From an uncultured virus (IMG/VR IMGVR_UViG_3300027688_000449) (taxonomy: Duplodnaviria; Heunggongvirae; Uroviricota; Caudoviricetes): a DNA stretch of 20,000 bases. Every line of letters begins with the position of its first letter. Position 1 is the first letter of the stretch. The notes below the pieces were generated by a model, which saw only the letters and a list, made by a program, of their open reading frames with translations, ran no database searches and had not been told where the DNA came from. Made by a program: the position numbers and the translations under genes. This document shows, piece after piece, positions 1-8,569 of this stretch. The stretch is from IMG/VR virus record IMGVR_UViG_3300027688_000449. One strand, written 5' to 3'.

Positions 1-1
1 T

Positions 2-3000
2 GGAACATGGTTATTAGAAGTTCCAATGAATTTGGATTATGTAACCACTAATGAATTTGGTGAACAAGTTTTAAGTCCTGACCCAAAAATTGGTATACCA
101 ACTAGAGGAAAATATAGATTTAAAATCAAATATTCACAACCAGCCAACTTTGCAAAAGATGAAGTTAGACGAGCATATTATTTAGTACCAAATATTAAAG
201 AATATGGTTGGGGTACTGCAAATCCATACGATGACCCAATTTATAAACCTGACAGTAATGTGGGTTATCAAGAGTTAATAGGTTCTTATTATTTTGGTTT
301 AGATTGGAGTGGATATACTAACGCACAAGATGCTATTGATTGTAAAGATACATTCTATGAGTTTCAATATAATAAAGTCTATACGGTATCACAATTAATT
401 GATGAATATAAAAAAGGTACTAATAGAAAAAAGTTTATTGGTATTAAAGAAATTACTAATACTGAATGTGAAAGTGAAAATAATAGATTTCCGGCAACAG
501 ATGGGTTAAGACAAAATTTTAGTATAATACCAACCTTAGTGACGTATTTGTTATATACAGCATCATTAACAATTATGATTTTATTACCTATTGTCCATGT
601 GTTAGCATTAATATGGCCAATTATAAGTGTATTATTAAAAGTTGTGTTTGGAACAATTTTGACAATTGTTTCAGTTATTTGTAAAGCGATTAATAAACTG
701 CGTGGTGCTGATAATCAAATAAATTGCCCAAAACCATACAATTTTCAAAATCTTTTTAAAGAATTAACAAATCCATTTAGTAAAATAACATTACCAAATT
801 TAACATATCCTGAATGTCAGTTTTGTGAATGTAAACAAGAACCTGTACCACAAGACAATGATGAGTTAACAGCAATTCAAGAAGCCGCGGCACAAAATTC
901 ATTATCATTAAATGCCGATTTTTTTGTGTATGACAATTGGAATCCAAATCAATCTAATGTAACAGAACACCAAGAAGTTTTTGCGGGTAAAGGATTTAAT
1001 ACTGAAAGTGTTAGAGTCCCAATTAGAAAAAATGATAATAATGATTTTGATTTTATTGATAAATTACCACCATGGGAAATTATCAACAAGTATAATTTAA
1101 AATCAAAATATTTTGATACTGACCCCTACGCTGGTTCAAACAGAATTAAAGTACAAGTAGAACCAAAGTACAATTCAAATACAAATCACTTTGATAATAT
1201 CATGGCGGTATTTGTTGACCCAGATGTTCAAAATACTTTTATTTCGGGGCAACTATTATCTTTCCAAGAGTTGACCAAATCAACTGACCCAAATACAAGT
1301 GGTGCGACTTCAACACCTGAAACAGGGATAACAGGAACAACAAACGTTGGTAAAAGTGTAACGATGACATTTGCCAATCCAACATCACCAAATTTATCAA
1401 ATAGTACTGTAACATATAATTTCCCGACAGTACCAAATGAAACTAAATCTTACAAGTTCCCAACGGACATTGAATATTTCCAAGTTATTACTGGTGTTAC
1501 TTACAATGATTTTGTATCTCAAAACGCGGCATATGCTAAAGGAACTACAACTTGTAACTACCTTAATTATACTGTAACAAATCAAACTACAAATCCAATC
1601 ACCATTAATTATACGGATTACAATGGAACTTCACAAACAGCAACAATTGGTATTGTTGTGGACCAAGACACAAATACAACTTATGGTGCGACTGAAAATA
1701 TATGTGCTTGTGAAAATAGTTTAAGTTCAACAAAAAAATTCAGTATAGATAATATAAATTCTTGTTCAGTTCCAGCACCTGCTGGTTCGGTCTTACCAGG
1801 AAATTTATTAACTCAATTATATCAAAAAATTGAACTTTTTAAAAATGATGGTAAAGACGGTCATGATTTTTATGATTCATATATTGGACAATGGATTGGT
1901 GGTGAAATTAGTTTAGTCTTTATGGTTAGGGGTGTTGACCCACACAGTGGACGTAAATCAATCAAATATGATTTATCAAGAATTTTTGGTTATAGTAGTT
2001 ACGGTCAAAAAGTGATTAGTGGTGATTTTTACATGAACGTTCCCGTCCAACAAGGTTTAAAGACCGTAAGAAATGCAGAATTAACAAGTAACTTACAATC
2101 CAATTCAAATGGATATTTGTATTTCAACTCTTTTCAATACACCGCTGGTACTCAATATAGTGCTTATACCACTACACTTCAAAATTATTATTCAGCATTA
2201 GACCTTAACCGAGTTGATAAATATAAAATCAACTCTGATAATGAGGATAGCTTATTAACAACTGCGATGGTGTATAATGGTGGAAGTGGACAATTGGTTG
2301 CAAACAGTAGTACTGAAGGTTATATACAAGGTGAATATATTGAAGGTGGTTCGTTTATATGGGCAGAAAAGGCTAAGGGATTAAGTAAAATTAAAAAAGA
2401 TAAAAACGGTAATGATAATAATAATACAAGACCGTGGTTATATTTTGCACCATCTTATGGTAATGGAGGACTCGGTAAAATGGTTGTGTATAGTCAAAAA
2501 ATGGTTATGAGGTCAGATAGATTACCTGTTGGTACTATATTTGATGGTAGTGCTAATAACTACTTTGCTTGGCAAGCATCAAACGCATTACCTTATACCT
2601 TTGTCGATGATAATGGTACATCTAATACCCAACTTGTTGTACCATCATTTGATTTTAGTGACCCAACAGCAAATCCTGATTTAGTAACAGGTGCGACATT
2701 TAATGCTATCGCCAATTCATTTACCTGTAATGGTATGGTTGATTTGTCTTGTTATCAAGGTGACGGTAGAAATTTTACTGCATTACCCGCAACCAATGAA
2801 TGTAATACTAATACTAAAAAGGGAGATAAAGTTGTTGTTAAGGGTTGTTACATATTAGTAAACAAACCAATTGGTACCCTCTTTGGTAGGAACAATGATT
2901 ATTCATTAATTATAGAATGGATTGGAAGACTTAGATTAATGATTGCAGTATGTCAAGGAACTTTTTCACATACGTTTGTAAACTCTTGGATAAATGGAAC

Positions 3001-4081
3001 ATTGTTTGCGTTCCCATTCCAAAATGCTGTTAGATTTAATGCTAAGAATGAGCCAATTGTTAGAACAGTTGTTTTAAATAAAGCCTTTTATAATTTTTGT
3101 GCCGATACAATAGTGTACGAACCACAATCTAATAATTTTTATTATCGTTCAAGTCCATGGGATGGTCAAAATTTTATAGGTCAATACCCACCATCAGGAC
3201 TATTTAATTCACCAGTGAATGATAGAAACTTATTATACCCAACTACAATTATGGATTTGGGTCCAAAATTTATTTGGAGTAAAGATGTAAACAAAAGTCC
3301 AAATTACTTTGGATATCAAATGGATAGGTTCAATGCAACATCTTGGAACAATGTGTCTGATTTATTGCAATTATTTATAATATCAAGAATATCAAACTCT
3401 AACCTATTAAAATCAACCAAAACAGGTTTAGACACATCAATTTCTGCATTTTTCAGTAGACCCCAATTAAGGGTTGATGGTGATTATGCTCAGATGTTAC
3501 AAATCAATTCACAGTATGGTATTGTACCATATACTGCGGATAATTATTTTGATGACCCTGCAACAACAACTGACAATGTTGTTTACGTGTCTGTTGATAA
3601 TCAAAAAAATTCGGTATTTGGTATTTTTTATAGTGGGTATACTGAAGAAAGGGATTTAATTTCACCACGTAGAATAGACAGAACATTTACTGGAAATACA
3701 TTAATTGCTGATTATTTAGGAACCAAATCACAAGAAGTTCCATTTTATAGATGGTCAAATACAGCATATATTGATGGTCAACCGTCCATTTTTGGTAACG
3801 AGGAAAACAATTGGTATACAGAAGGTAATGCTTACAAAGAAAAATATCAAAATTTAGATAGAATGTTAAACCCAATGTTCATTGGAGGAAACAATCAAAT
3901 TCAAAACAGAAAAGGTTACATTTACCAAACAAATAGTTTGGGACAATATTCCCAATCACCGGCACTTGGTAATAATAATGAAACTATAACAAGTGCACCA
4001 TGGTATTTTTATTTCGGTTTAAAGAAAGGTTCGTCTGCCATGGATAAATTTACAAAATTATATATTAAATCAGAAGAATGA
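2..4081 (+). CDS. Large putative virion/baseplate-associated protein, 5'-truncated (>1359 aa), with a long hydrophobic segment and Cys motifs
   Basis: The frame is open from base 2 (GTWLLEVP-MNLDY), so the Met at 26 is probably internal. Hydrophobic stretch at 518-691, CxxCxC at 815-832. The TGA overlaps the next ATG (ATGA). Function inferred from context only. Confidence 0.75.
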   Translation, partial: GTWLLEVPMNLDYVTTNEFGEQVLSPDPKIGIPTRGKYRFKIKYSQPANFAKDEVRRAYYLVPNIKEYGWGTANPYDDPIYKPDSNVGYQELIGSYYFGLDWSGYTNAQDAIDCKDTFYEFQYNKVYTVSQLIDEYKKGTNRKKFIGIKEITNTECESENNRFPATDGLRQNFSIIPTLVTYLLYTASLTIMILLPIVHVLALIWPIISVLLKVVFGTILTIVSVICKAINKLRGADNQINCPKPYNFQNLFKELTNPFSKITLPNLTYPECQFCECKQEPVPQDNDELTAIQEAAAQNSLSLNADFFVYDNWNPNQSNVTEHQEVFAGKGFNTESVRVPIRKNDNNDFDFIDKLPPWEIINKYNLKSKYFDTDPYAGSNRIKVQVEPKYNSNTNHFDNIMAVFVDPDVQNTFISGQLLSFQELTKSTDPNTSGATSTPETGITGTTNVGKSVTMTFANPTSPNLSNSTVTYNFPTVPNETKSYKFPTDIEYFQVITGVTYNDFVSQNAAYAKGTTTCNYLNYTVTNQTTNPITINYTDYNGTSQTATIGIVVDQDTNTTYGATENICACENSLSSTKKFSIDNINSCSVPAPAGSVLPGNLLTQLYQKIELFKNDGKDGHDFYDSYIGQWIGGEISLVFMVRGVDPHSGRKSIKYDLSRIFGYSSYGQKVISGDFYMNVPVQQGLKTVRNAELTSNLQSNSNGYLYFNSFQYTAGTQYSAYTTTLQNYYSALDLNRVDKYKINSDNEDSLLTTAMVYNGGSGQLVANSSTEGYIQGEYIEGGSFIWAEKAKGLSKIKKDKNGNDNNNTRPWLYFAPSYGNGGLGKMVVYSQKMVMRSDRLPVGTIFDGSANNYFAWQASNALPYTFVDDNGTSNTQLVVPSFDFSDPTANPDLVTGATFNAIANSFTCNGMVDLSCYQGDGRNFTALPATNECNTNTKKGDKVVVKGCYILVNKPIGTLFGRNNDYSLIIEWIGRLRLMIAVCQGTFSHTFVNSWINGTLFAFPFQNAVRFNAKNEPIVRTVVLNKAFYNFCADTIVYEPQSNNFYYRSSPWDGQNFIGQYPPSGLFNSPVNDRNLLYPTTIMDLGPKFIWSKDVNKSPNYFGYQMDRFNATSWNNVSDLLQLFIISRISNSNLLKSTKTGLDTSISAFFSRPQLRVDGDYAQMLQINSQYGIVPYTADNYFDDPATTTDNVVYVSVDNQKNSVFGIFYSGYTEERDLISPRRIDRTFTGNTLIADYLGTKSQEVPFYRWSNTAYIDGQPSIFGNEENNWYTEGNAYKEKYQNLDRMLNPMFIGGNNQIQNRKGYIYQTNSLGQYSQSPALGNNNETITSAPWYFYFGLKKGSSAMDKFTKLYIKSEE

Positions 4082-5769
4082 GCGAAAGTAATTACATAGT
4101 AGTTAAACCTGATTTGAGGTATAAGTCGGCACCCGATGCAGATTTATCTTTTGTAACAGAATTAAATCAAACACAATCACAAGTAATTGATTATGATAGA
4201 ACTGTTAATGTTAATTTAGCAACATTGTTTGATGCTGAAAGGCAAAAATCTGTATTGTTTAGACCAACAGTTAAGTTATCATATATCTACAAAAATAACT
4301 TGGTAGGTTATAGTAATTACAAACCGTATAGAGATAATTTATATTATATTAATCCCGAGTTGTCTGTAATCAATGGGATATGGAGTGGATTACCAACATA
4401 TCAAGAATTTGAATTTATTAGAACAGATGTGGAATCAACCCAATTAAATTTTGTTGCAAAAAGTGCGTCAACATATAATTGGAATGTTGTTTTATCCTAT
4501 CCATATGAAAATGACTATACGGTACCAATGCAATATTACTTTTCAAATGGTCAGTCATTAACACCATGGGTATCAGGGGATGGAATACCATTTAAAATAT
4601 CTCAAGGAACTGAAAATGGAACACCGTTAATTCAGTTTACTTGCCCTGTTCCACACGGGTTATCTGTTAATGAATATGTTGAATTGTCATTTAATTATAG
4701 TGGTGTTAACACATTCCAAGTTTCTTATTTGGGTGATAATACAATTGGTTCAGATGAATATATTTTTAGTATATACAATGTTGGATTTACGGGTTCAACA
4801 TTTAATAGTGGTAATCAAGGATTCTTTAAACGAATCATAGACATTAATAATTCTGGTGAAACAAAATCAAAATATTATGTTAGATTACATAAGATTATTA
4901 GTAATCCACATGATTCAATCATTACAAGAAACGGATTTGAATTGAATCCATTTAGTGATGGTTCATTTTATCAATTTTCTTCATTAACACCAAACAATGT
5001 TGGAAGGGTTGTTAATTATCAAAGCTCAAACACATATAATATTACCATGGCTCGTGATTTGGAAGTTACAAATCAAGTTGATAATAATAAAAAACCTTTA
5101 ACACAAGTGTTTGCAACATTTCAAAACGTTGGATACTTTGGTTGGTTCAATCAATTAAGAAGAGGTTGGGGATTTAATATGGTGCCAAAGACAACAAACC
5201 CGTGGTGGGCAACAACAAATCCAACATCATTAGAAAATAACACAACATCAGGATACACAAAAACACAAAATGGTGTTCCTTATAATTTTACGGTTAATCT
5301 ACCAAGATATAGTGGGGATACAATGTATGGTGATTGGTGTGAGTGGAATGAAAGTAATCAATCAGAAAGGGTTATTTCAAACTACATGAATAAAATGACC
5401 TATTACCAAAAAGCGTTTGATATTGCACCTACCGCATCTACAAACCCAAGTGGGTTTTATTACCAAGTTCATTATCCAATTACCTTGAAAGTGTTTTCAG
5501 ATTATATTGAAACTGCTGAACAAAGTGGAACTGAAGGAATTCCATATTGGGCTTACTTCAGTGATAACAACAAGTTATGGTTTTGGAGAGATATTTACGA
5601 ATATGGTTATATTGACAATTTAGGTAGAGGTGTTGATTATCCATACTTGAATACTGCCCACTACCCATTCCAAGATATTACTTTCAGATTATATCCTGAA
5701 GGTGCGTCATTTGACATAACAGATTTGTACCAAATTGTACCAGACCCTATAATAGATGGATGCGAATAA
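4078..5769 (+). CDS. Hypothetical phage structural protein (563 aa) with a small 'PHGL..N..V' beta-domain
   Basis: Long ORF coupled to both neighbours. IQFTCPVPHGLSVNEYVELS (from 4630) resembles the 'T..PHGL..G..V' FCCH-like module I recall from phage virion proteins. Confidence 0.75.
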   Translation: MSESNYIVVKPDLRYKSAPDADLSFVTELNQTQSQVIDYDRTVNVNLATLFDAERQKSVLFRPTVKLSYIYKNNLVGYSNYKPYRDNLYYINPELSVINGIWSGLPTYQEFEFIRTDVESTQLNFVAKSASTYNWNVVLSYPYENDYTVPMQYYFSNGQSLTPWVSGDGIPFKISQGTENGTPLIQFTCPVPHGLSVNEYVELSFNYSGVNTFQVSYLGDNTIGSDEYIFSIYNVGFTGSTFNSGNQGFFKRIIDINNSGETKSKYYVRLHKIISNPHDSIITRNGFELNPFSDGSFYQFSSLTPNNVGRVVNYQSSNTYNITMARDLEVTNQVDNNKKPLTQVFATFQNVGYFGWFNQLRRGWGFNMVPKTTNPWWATTNPTSLENNTTSGYTKTQNGVPYNFTVNLPRYSGDTMYGDWCEWNESNQSERVISNYMNKMTYYQKAFDIAPTASTNPSGFYYQVHYPITLKVFSDYIETAEQSGTEGIPYWAYFSDNNKLWFWRDIYEYGYIDNLGRGVDYPYLNTAHYPFQDITFRLYPEGASFDITDLYQIVPDPIIDGCE

Positions 5770-6538
5770 GATAAGAGTGTTGTTTAATAACCAACCAAAA
5801 GATTTGGTTATACCTCTTCAACAAGAGTGGGACTTCTATGGTCAGCAACAAGCCATTGAACAATACGAGTCAACCATTATTGAAAAAATATTAAATCAAG
5901 GGGATGATTACGAAGTTAATAGGTTTGACCATCAGTTATATGATGGAACAAAAAGTTCTTTAAACTATGATTTTTATTTAAACAATCCCGTGTTTGCGGT
6001 TAACAATTTTTGGGAAAATTCTTACTTGGCAAAATTTACTGCTGACCAAGTATATTATTATAGTCCATCATTTACAAAATCTTTTTGGAAAATAGATTTT
6101 TATGATAGTCCAACTACAAGAACACAAAAATCTTATTTTACTACAATATTACCAGTACAACAAGGAAAGTTTCAACCAACAGTTTTAAATAATACAACAG
6201 CGGTTACAATTAAAAGACCAAGTTATCAATTAGATTACATTGGTGATAAAGAAGGGTTTTTTCTTTATTGGTTGAAATCAAGACAATTCTTGAATATCAA
6301 TACTTTTTATATGACGGCCAAGTTCTTTGATGGTAATACAGGACAGTTTATAAAAATGATGAAAGCACCTCAAAGTTCTTTACCAAACTATTATGATTTT
6401 CCATCTGAAGAATATTTTTACTACAAAGTAGATTTAGATTATGCAACACAAACATATCAAGTGTTTGATTACCCAAGAGGGGTACGAGCCGGAACAGTTT
6501 CAAATCCGATAAAATGGTATGAATACGTAAACCCATAA
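5756..6538 (+). CDS. Hypothetical phage protein (260 aa, aromatic-rich, likely structural)
   Basis: Overlaps the upstream gene by 14 nt and the downstream gene via TAATG. Codon style matches its neighbours. Confidence 0.75.
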   Translation: MDANKIRVLFNNQPKDLVIPLQQEWDFYGQQQAIEQYESTIIEKILNQGDDYEVNRFDHQLYDGTKSSLNYDFYLNNPVFAVNNFWENSYLAKFTADQVYYYSPSFTKSFWKIDFYDSPTTRTQKSYFTTILPVQQGKFQPTVLNNTTAVTIKRPSYQLDYIGDKEGFFLYWLKSRQFLNINTFYMTAKFFDGNTGQFIKMMKAPQSSLPNYYDFPSEEYFYYKVDLDYATQTYQVFDYPRGVRAGTVSNPIKWYEYVNP

Positions 6539-7617
6539 TGGATACACAAGTAATGAATATCAGGGTATCACCCGAAGTCTTGAATACAATCATTCATGAT
6601 GTTACTTACTCAGGTGAGACATTTGGGGTGTATTCATCTATGACCCAAACTTTAACAAGTGGTGTTAACAACACGTCAAGTTTAACAGGTCTTACAGTTC
6701 CAATTCTTTTAACACAAAATACAATTGATTTGGGTTATTACTCTGTATTTGATGGTGCAATTTCACAAATAAATGTTGTAAATAATTTTATATTTTCATC
6801 TACAACAGGAAATCCATTTACTTGGTATGTTTATAATACCGCAGATGTTGAGTTTAATGCCTACCTTCAGTTGTCAACATATTTTTTAGATTGGGGTGAT
6901 GGAACACCATTACAACCAATTAATACGTACGCGCCTAATTCTATTGTTCACACGTATAATACAAACCCAAGTGAATATACAATTACATTATCACAAAATA
7001 ATCCTTGGGGAAACACAACGGTATCTAAAAATATTCAAACACCATATGTTGAAGTTCCTGATTTTAATCCAAGTGGAACTGCATACTTTACACCAAATGT
7101 TGGTTCTTGGAGTGCAACACCAATATCGTACAACTATATTTTTACTGGTGACAGTGTTAATTTAGTTGAAGACCAAGTTTCATCGGCATATGTTTCAGTA
7201 CCATTTACTGTTAGTGGATATACTGATTCAAGAATTAACGACTTGGCATTTTATGGTACACCAAAATTTAAATTATTAGTACCTGTTCAAAAGAATAATG
7301 TTGATTATGGTATTATTACTGAAATTAATTTAGTTTATACTGCATATACAATACAGAATGTTGATTATGTTGACTATGCTGATGGTACTACAATTTTCTT
7401 TCTTCAGTCATCGGGTTTAACCGCAGATTGGATGGTACAAGAACCCTTAGTAAAAGATGAATTATTGTTGGGTGTCATTGCTCAAGCTGAAGTCCAATCC
7501 AATATATTCATTGAACGAGGTAAAAATTCGGCGTATGAAAGAATACAAAGAATTGGTGAGGTTGATAATTTGGGAGACTTAATAAAATATGGATATTACT
7601 TTTTTAATGTTACATAA
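6538..7617 (+). CDS. Putative virion protein with a PKD-like Ig domain (359 aa)
   Basis: YFLDWGDGT...VHTY...EYTITLSQNNPWG (about 6880-7035) fits the PKD signature (W-D/x-F/W-G-D-G...HTY...Y.V.L). Confidence 0.7.
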   Translation: MDTQVMNIRVSPEVLNTIIHDVTYSGETFGVYSSMTQTLTSGVNNTSSLTGLTVPILLTQNTIDLGYYSVFDGAISQINVVNNFIFSSTTGNPFTWYVYNTADVEFNAYLQLSTYFLDWGDGTPLQPINTYAPNSIVHTYNTNPSEYTITLSQNNPWGNTTVSKNIQTPYVEVPDFNPSGTAYFTPNVGSWSATPISYNYIFTGDSVNLVEDQVSSAYVSVPFTVSGYTDSRINDLAFYGTPKFKLLVPVQKNNVDYGIITEINLVYTAYTIQNVDYVDYADGTTIFFLQSSGLTADWMVQEPLVKDELLLGVIAQAEVQSNIFIERGKNSAYERIQRIGEVDNLGDLIKYGYYFFNVT

Positions 7618-7631
7618 AAAAATAAAAATGG

Positions 7632-7638
7632 TATTTAT
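7632..7638 (+). promoter_or_regulatory. Candidate late-promoter/regulatory motif TATTTAT
   Basis: Lies in the 43-nt gap before the ATG at 7661. The same core recurs in the other three non-coupled gaps. Confidence 0.4.
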
Positions 7639-7660
7639 TACTAATAGATAAAATAAAAAA

Positions 7661-8569
7661 ATGGCTACAGGAACCTATGGTACAATAAGACCGGCAGATG
7701 TATCACCCGAAGACGTAAGTATCGTCATGAATTATACACCATCAAGAGATGTGACGGACAATTTTGTTCTAACCACTTTGGATGCGACAACAATATTAAG
7801 ACCTTATTTTAATAATGCAGCAACTGGCGGAAACTCAAATGAAATCTTGGGTGGTTTATACAATCTTAGATTACCCGCAGAAACATTCACTCAATTAGGT
7901 ATCTACACTCTTTATATAAGACCAGCGGAAATTAGAACAAGTATTACTGATTGTGGTGTGTTATCAGCATTACCAAACGTTAAAGGAATTGTAATTGATT
8001 TAAGTAACGTACCAAGTCAATATGTTAATAAATTTGTTGCTCAAGGACTTGTTGGATTTAGAATTGAATATTTAAACTCTGATGGTAGTAAAATACCTAA
8101 CTTCTTTAGGATTGTTACTTCAAATTTTTATTGTGAGCCTGTTATTCAAAATTTAACTAATACTTTACAAAAGGCTGTTAGATATAGATATACTGAAGGT
8201 CAAACTAATTTGGTGTTTTGTACTTTATCACCAAGTTCATCACCAACAAACAAACCAAACGCCACACCATATATTGGACAACCAGCTCAGAGTATTGTAT
8301 TATCAAATACTTACTTCAATCCATTAATGTTAGAGGTTCAAGTTTCTGAATATGACATTGATACATTGGGTATTGCTCTTTATGGTAATCAAACTAAATC
8401 TATGGAGGATGGTATCTACACAATCTATGATGCTCAAAACAACATTTATCAACAATTCAACTTGTATGAAATTAAAGATGACTTTAATAACTTGTTGTAT
8501 GAGGTTAAAGATAATAGAGGTACAAATATTGACTTCAGTAAAAGTTATCAAAATATTACGGCTCAATAA
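7661..8569 (+). CDS. Hypothetical phage protein (302 aa), likely baseplate/tail component
   Basis: Clean ORF after an A-rich leader, TAATG-coupled to the wedge-like gene. No recognised motif. Confidence 0.75.
   Translation: MATGTYGTIRPADVSPEDVSIVMNYTPSRDVTDNFVLTTLDATTILRPYFNNAATGGNSNEILGGLYNLRLPAETFTQLGIYTLYIRPAEIRTSITDCGVLSALPNVKGIVIDLSNVPSQYVNKFVAQGLVGFRIEYLNSDGSKIPNFFRIVTSNFYCEPVIQNLTNTLQKAVRYRYTEGQTNLVFCTLSPSSSPTNKPNATPYIGQPAQSIVLSNTYFNPLMLEVQVSEYDIDTLGIALYGNQTKSMEDGIYTIYDAQNNIYQQFNLYEIKDDFNNLLYEVKDNRGTNIDFSKSYQNITAQ

Noticed and set aside
26..28. ATG at 26 as the true start of gene 1
   Set aside because: The frame is open from base 2 with protein-like sequence, so the gene most likely begins upstream of the window.
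4078..6740. Faint N-terminal resemblance among the 563, 260 and 359 aa proteins (DLSFVTELNQ / DLVIPLQQ / LTVPILLTQ)
   Set aside because: Too short and low in information to support paralogy without a profile comparison.
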